The notes under the pieces were generated by a model. That model worked only from the letters and a program-made list of their open reading frames with translations, had not been told where the DNA came from and did not search any database. Below are positions 60,230-64,000 of a DNA stretch of 64,000 bases, one piece after another. The first letter of the stretch is position 1, and every line of letters starts with the position of its first letter. This DNA comes from an uncultured Planctomycetaceae bacterium (GTDB lineage Bacteria; Planctomycetota; Planctomycetia; Planctomycetales; Planctomycetaceae), in contig CAXBME010000009.1 of the NCBI GenBank assembly GCA_963976765.1, forward strand, positions 62,001-126,000. The letters are read 5' to 3'. Both the position numbers and the translations under genes were made by a program.

Positions 60230-62833
60230 ATGCAGATTCATCCGATCCGACTCATACTTCTGACACTCACCGTCACTGGAATTGCCTGGTGCGATGCGAC
60301 CGTTGCCTCCGATCTGCCGCGAGCCACACCAGAGTCGCAGGGCATCTCGTCGGCCTCGATTCGGACGTTTGTCGAAGCGACCGACGAGCAGGTTCAGTCG
60401 ATGCACAGCTTCATGCTGGTCCGACATGGCAAGGTCGTTGCCGAAGGCTGGTGGGCTCCGGAAGCCGCTGATAAGCCGCACATTCTGTGGTCGCTCAGCA
60501 AGAGCTTTACATCGACGGCGGTCGGGCTGGCCGTTGCCGAAGGGAAACTCGACATTGACGACAAGGTGCTCAGCTTCTTTCCGGAAGACGCTCCTGCCGA
60601 GCCGTCCGAAAACCTGAAGTCGATGCGCGTTCGCGATCTGCTGACCATGTCTGCCGGGCACGCTGCTGAACCGTGGTGGAGCGGCGATGACGTCTGGACG
60701 CAGCGGTTTCTCGCCGAGCCGGTCGTTCACCAGCCGGGCTCGACCTTCCGTTACAACACACCCGCGACGTACATGCAGTCGGCGATCGTGCAGAAGGTTT
60801 CTGGTCAAACGGTCGTCGATTATCTGACGCCACGACTGTTCAAGCCGCTGGGCATCGACAAGCCGACCTGGGACCAGAGTCCGCAGGGCATTTCGATCGG
60901 TGGCTATGGGCTGTATCTCAAGACCGAAGACATCGCGAAGTTCGGGCAGCTCTACCTACAGAAGGGGCAATGGAACGGGAAGCAGCTCATCCCGGCCGAA
61001 TGGGTCGCCCTCGCCACCAGCAAACAGGTCGAGAACGACAAAGCTCCCAGTGCCGGCAATCCCGACTGGCGGCAGGGTTATGGTTTCCAGTTCTGGCAGT
61101 GCCGTCACGGAGCCTTTCGAGGCGACGGTAAGGACGGCCAGTTCTGCATCGTGCTGCCGAAACAGGACGCCGTCATCGCCATCACCGCAAAGACCGGAAA
61201 CATGCAGAAGCAACTCGACCTCGTGTGGGAGCACCTGCTGCCCGCGTTCCAGGACGAACCTCTCGCTGAGGACGCCGCCGAAGCCGGCAAGCTGCACAGT
61301 ACTCTGTCGAATCTGAAACTGGCCAACGCTTTTCTGGAAGCACCCGCTTACGTCGGCCCGCCAAAGTCGCCCGATCACGCAACGACGAACCGAGCGTTTC
61401 AGGGCATCCCAAGCATGGCCGTCTCACCGGGTGGGCGGCTGTGGGCGAACTGGTATGCCGGCGTGACTCCGGGCGAGGATCACAACAACTACGTCGCCGT
61501 TTCGACGAGCGACGATGACGGAAAGACGTGGCGAGAAGTGCTGGTCGTCGATCCCGACGGCCCCGGTCCGATCCGGACGTTCGACCCGGAACTGTGGGTT
61601 GCTCCGACGGGAAGACTGTTCGTTTTCTGGGCTCAGTCGCAAGGGCACGATGGCTCGGTCGCCGGAGTCTGGTGCGTCCACACCGACAACCCGGACGATG
61701 AAACGCCCGAATGGAGCCAGCCGCGCCGGCTCACCGACGGCATCATGATGTGCAAGCCGGTGGTGCTCAGTTCAGGCGAGTGGATTCTGCCCGCGTCGAC
61801 CTGGCGGGCGACGGACAACAGCGCGAGGATGATTGTCTCGACGACGCTCGGTCGGAGCTGGTCACTGCGAGGAGCCTGTAACGTGCCGAAAGACGACCGG
61901 GCATTTGACGAACACCTCATCACCGAACGTCAGGACGGCTCGCTGTGGCTGCTCGCTCGCACAAAGTATGGCATCGGCGAGAGTATCTCGACCGACCGGG
62001 GCAAGACGTGGCCGGAACTGACACCGTCGAAGATCCCTCATCCAAGTGCCCGCTTTTTTATCCGGCGACTGAACTCCGGGAACCTGCTGCTGGTCAAACA
62101 TGGCGGCATGGATCAGAAAACCGGTCGTTCGCACCTGACCGCGTTTGTCTCGAAAGACGACGGCCAGACCTGGACTGGAGGCCTGCTGCTGGACGAACGC
62201 AGCGGCGTGTCCTACCCCGACGGCCAGCAGACCGACGATGGCACAATCCGGATCATCTACGACTTCAGCCGTACGGGTTCACGGCACATCCTGATGGCGA
62301 CGTTTCGCGAGGAAGATGCCGCCGCCGGGAAGCCTGTCAGCAACAACGTTAAACGGCGACAGCTCGTCGGCGAAGCCTCGGGCGGTCAGGAAAAGAAACC
62401 TGAACCCGTCCGCGACAACGCCGACGGTGAAGCACTGCGTCGAGCCAATACCGGCTCGTTCAGCTCCGTAAACTTTCAGGCGGACAAGTTCAGCAAAGAC
62501 GCGAAGCTCTTTACTGACCGTCCCTACGTCGTCGAGGACGACCTCCCAGCCTTACGCGGCGCGAGCTTTCTCCGAATCCCGCTCGACGGCCGCAAGACGC
62601 TCACGTGTGAACGAGCCGGTACGGTCTGGTTCCTCACACCGGTTCCCGACCGCAACAAGGACTCGTGCAGCCAGGAGCTGACAAAACAGGGCTTCAAAAC
62701 AGTCAGCGTTCCCGAAGTCCGACTGTTCAACCCAATGTCGACCGCCAACTTCTGCACGCTCTACCAGAAGGACTGCAAAGCCGGCGAAACCATCACCGTC
62801 GGTAAGTGGGCCGTCCCGCTGTTCATGCCGTGA
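60230..62833 (+). CDS. Serine hydrolase (beta-lactamase class C-like) fused to a BNR/sialidase domain and an LFTDR module
   Basis: SLSK (SxxK), FRYNT and YGFQFW, then Asp-boxes SDDDGKTW, STDRGKTW and SKDDGQTW, and SYPDG. Confidence 0.87.
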   Translation: MQIHPIRLILLTLTVTGIAWCDATVASDLPRATPESQGISSASIRTFVEATDEQVQSMHSFMLVRHGKVVAEGWWAPEAADKPHILWSLSKSFTSTAVGLAVAEGKLDIDDKVLSFFPEDAPAEPSENLKSMRVRDLLTMSAGHAAEPWWSGDDVWTQRFLAEPVVHQPGSTFRYNTPATYMQSAIVQKVSGQTVVDYLTPRLFKPLGIDKPTWDQSPQGISIGGYGLYLKTEDIAKFGQLYLQKGQWNGKQLIPAEWVALATSKQVENDKAPSAGNPDWRQGYGFQFWQCRHGAFRGDGKDGQFCIVLPKQDAVIAITAKTGNMQKQLDLVWEHLLPAFQDEPLAEDAAEAGKLHSTLSNLKLANAFLEAPAYVGPPKSPDHATTNRAFQGIPSMAVSPGGRLWANWYAGVTPGEDHNNYVAVSTSDDDGKTWREVLVVDPDGPGPIRTFDPELWVAPTGRLFVFWAQSQGHDGSVAGVWCVHTDNPDDETPEWSQPRRLTDGIMMCKPVVLSSGEWILPASTWRATDNSARMIVSTTLGRSWSLRGACNVPKDDRAFDEHLITERQDGSLWLLARTKYGIGESISTDRGKTWPELTPSKIPHPSARFFIRRLNSGNLLLVKHGGMDQKTGRSHLTAFVSKDDGQTWTGGLLLDERSGVSYPDGQQTDDGTIRIIYDFSRTGSRHILMATFREEDAAAGKPVSNNVKRRQLVGEASGGQEKKPEPVRDNADGEALRRANTGSFSSVNFQADKFSKDAKLFTDRPYVVEDDLPALRGASFLRIPLDGRKTLTCERAGTVWFLTPVPDRNKDSCSQELTKQGFKTVSVPEVRLFNPMSTANFCTLYQKDCKAGETITVGKWAVPLFMP

Positions 62834-63035
62834 CTGCCCTCACTCAGAAAGCTGGCCCCGATGCCGCAATATTCCCAAGTGCAAGCGGCCATCGTCGTGA
62901 AGACGACTTTCTCATTGGATTTCGCCCCTCCCCCGCCTTTTTCTGTTGTGGCTCACGCCGAACATGAGCTCGATCACACTCTGCTGGCCCCTGTTTACCA
63001 GCCAGCCCCTGGGAAAAACTCGTGCGGCTACGCCG

Positions 63036-63057
63036 CCCCGGTTGCAAGCAACCGGGG
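63036..63057. repeat. Perfect REP-like palindrome
   Basis: CCCCGGTTGC-AA-GCAACCGGGG between convergent genes. Confidence 0.7.
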
Positions 63058-63141
63058 ATACCCTCAATTTCGGCAATCAACCGGCGTCATCCGTGCCAAG
63101 ATGCACCCTACGTCACTTCACATTAGTTCCTTCGATGTTTT

Positions 63142-63525
63142 TCACGGTTGTCTCGACAGCGAAGCAACAGTACGCATACCGGATGCCATTCCTATGCGGA
63201 TCGCAATTCGGGGTGATAGCCCAATTACGAGTACAACTTGTGGGGCATCCTTTGTCACAACCACGAGCCATTCTTCTTCGTCACACCTGCGAACTTGAAC
63301 ATACTCCACCGTGGTCAATTCCAAGTTGACTGCGGAACCGGTTGGATCTTCGGAAACGAATTGGACGTAATCGTCGCCTGGCTCAAGCGTTAAGGATACT
63401 CGTCCCGATGGCATTTCTGTTTGGAATAACACTCGGTTGTAACACCAAGGTGCTTCAGGATCGGTCAAGATCGGCTCGACGCAAAACAACGAGATTAACT
63501 CCCAGTTTTCCGATCGAATCTCCAT
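63142..63525 (-). CDS. Hypothetical protein, possibly an orphan immunity-type protein
   Basis: Small acidic beta-rich protein (ELISLFCVEP..D...PWCYN) in visibly more AT-rich DNA. Confidence 0.55.
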   Translation of the reverse strand: MEIRSENWELISLFCVEPILTDPEAPWCYNRVLFQTEMPSGRVSLTLEPGDDYVQFVSEDPTGSAVNLELTTVEYVQVRRCDEEEWLVVVTKDAPQVVLVIGLSPRIAIRIGMASGMRTVASLSRQP

Positions 63526-63637
63526 GGTCCGGTCCTTATTTGCTCGCAGGTACTCTTGGTCCGCCATCGACTGCAAGTGGGCTTAGCTTGCCTTAAACAC
63601 GAAATGCCCGATCTTCAGGCTCGTATCGAATACCAAT

Positions 63638-63910
63638 TCAGGCGACCTGTTCGGAGCGGTCGCGGAACTCTTCCAGGATACTTTCCGAAGAGCGAGCGGG
63701 TTCGGCATCGCCTCCCATCCCGTTGGTGATATCGGCCAAAGCCAGGGTGGTGGTTTCTGACGTGCTGGTATTCGGCGGGGCGTTTTCGTAGCCGGTGTAA
63801 GTGGTCGAGCCGGTGCTCACGGTGATGGTGCATCCGCTACGACCGTCCGGCAGAGTGATCAGCGTTTCGGTGACCGAAATTGTGAACGTCACGGTGGTGA
63901 ACGTCGCCAT
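63638..63910 (-). CDS. Small Thr-rich hypothetical protein
   Basis: 90-aa ORF with GC-rich third positions; no recognisable family. Confidence 0.45.
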   Translation of the reverse strand: MATFTTVTFTISVTETLITLPDGRSGCTITVSTGSTTYTGYENAPPNTSTSETTTLALADITNGMGGDAEPARSSESILEEFRDRSEQVA

Positions 63911-64000
63911 GCCGCTCGACAGGACACTGTGAAGATCATCCAGATGCGCAGACTGGACCGACAGTGGAAAAATACTGGCGGACTTCGATTCGTGAAGTCT

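Overview
A GC-rich bacterial window that looks like a planctomycete chromosome, judged from DUF1559, DUF1592/DUF1552 and PVC-type heme-binding proteins. The left two-thirds mixes housekeeping genes (3' part of uvrC, prlC, ispH, serA, a DegT aminotransferase) with large secreted redox proteins, a SNF2-SWIM pair, an FHA-EAL protein and an FMN-binding/polyferredoxin pair. From about 44.6 kb it is accessory: a DUF1592-DUF1552 operon, BNR/sialidase-like proteins, a GH5 and a decayed pyruvyl-transferase gene. I saw no rRNA, tRNA, CRISPR array or transposase. The two best candidates for undescribed systems are (1) an RbfA paralog behind a 21-codon leader ORF with a perfect Shine-Dalgarno (SD) and mutually exclusive RNA helices, i.e. 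a putative translational attenuator, and (2) a ModE-type HTH regulator followed by an ECF-S-like membrane protein, a stand-alone TiaS kinase-like domain and a DUF1559 pilin. Other oddities are a TPR gene split by one in-frame TGA, an 85-bp palindrome inside a 4Fe-4S gene, a dispersed ~105-bp MITE-like element abutting stop codons, and a uORF with a sequestered SD coupled to doxX. All family calls come from motif recognition by eye; no database searches or folding programs were run.
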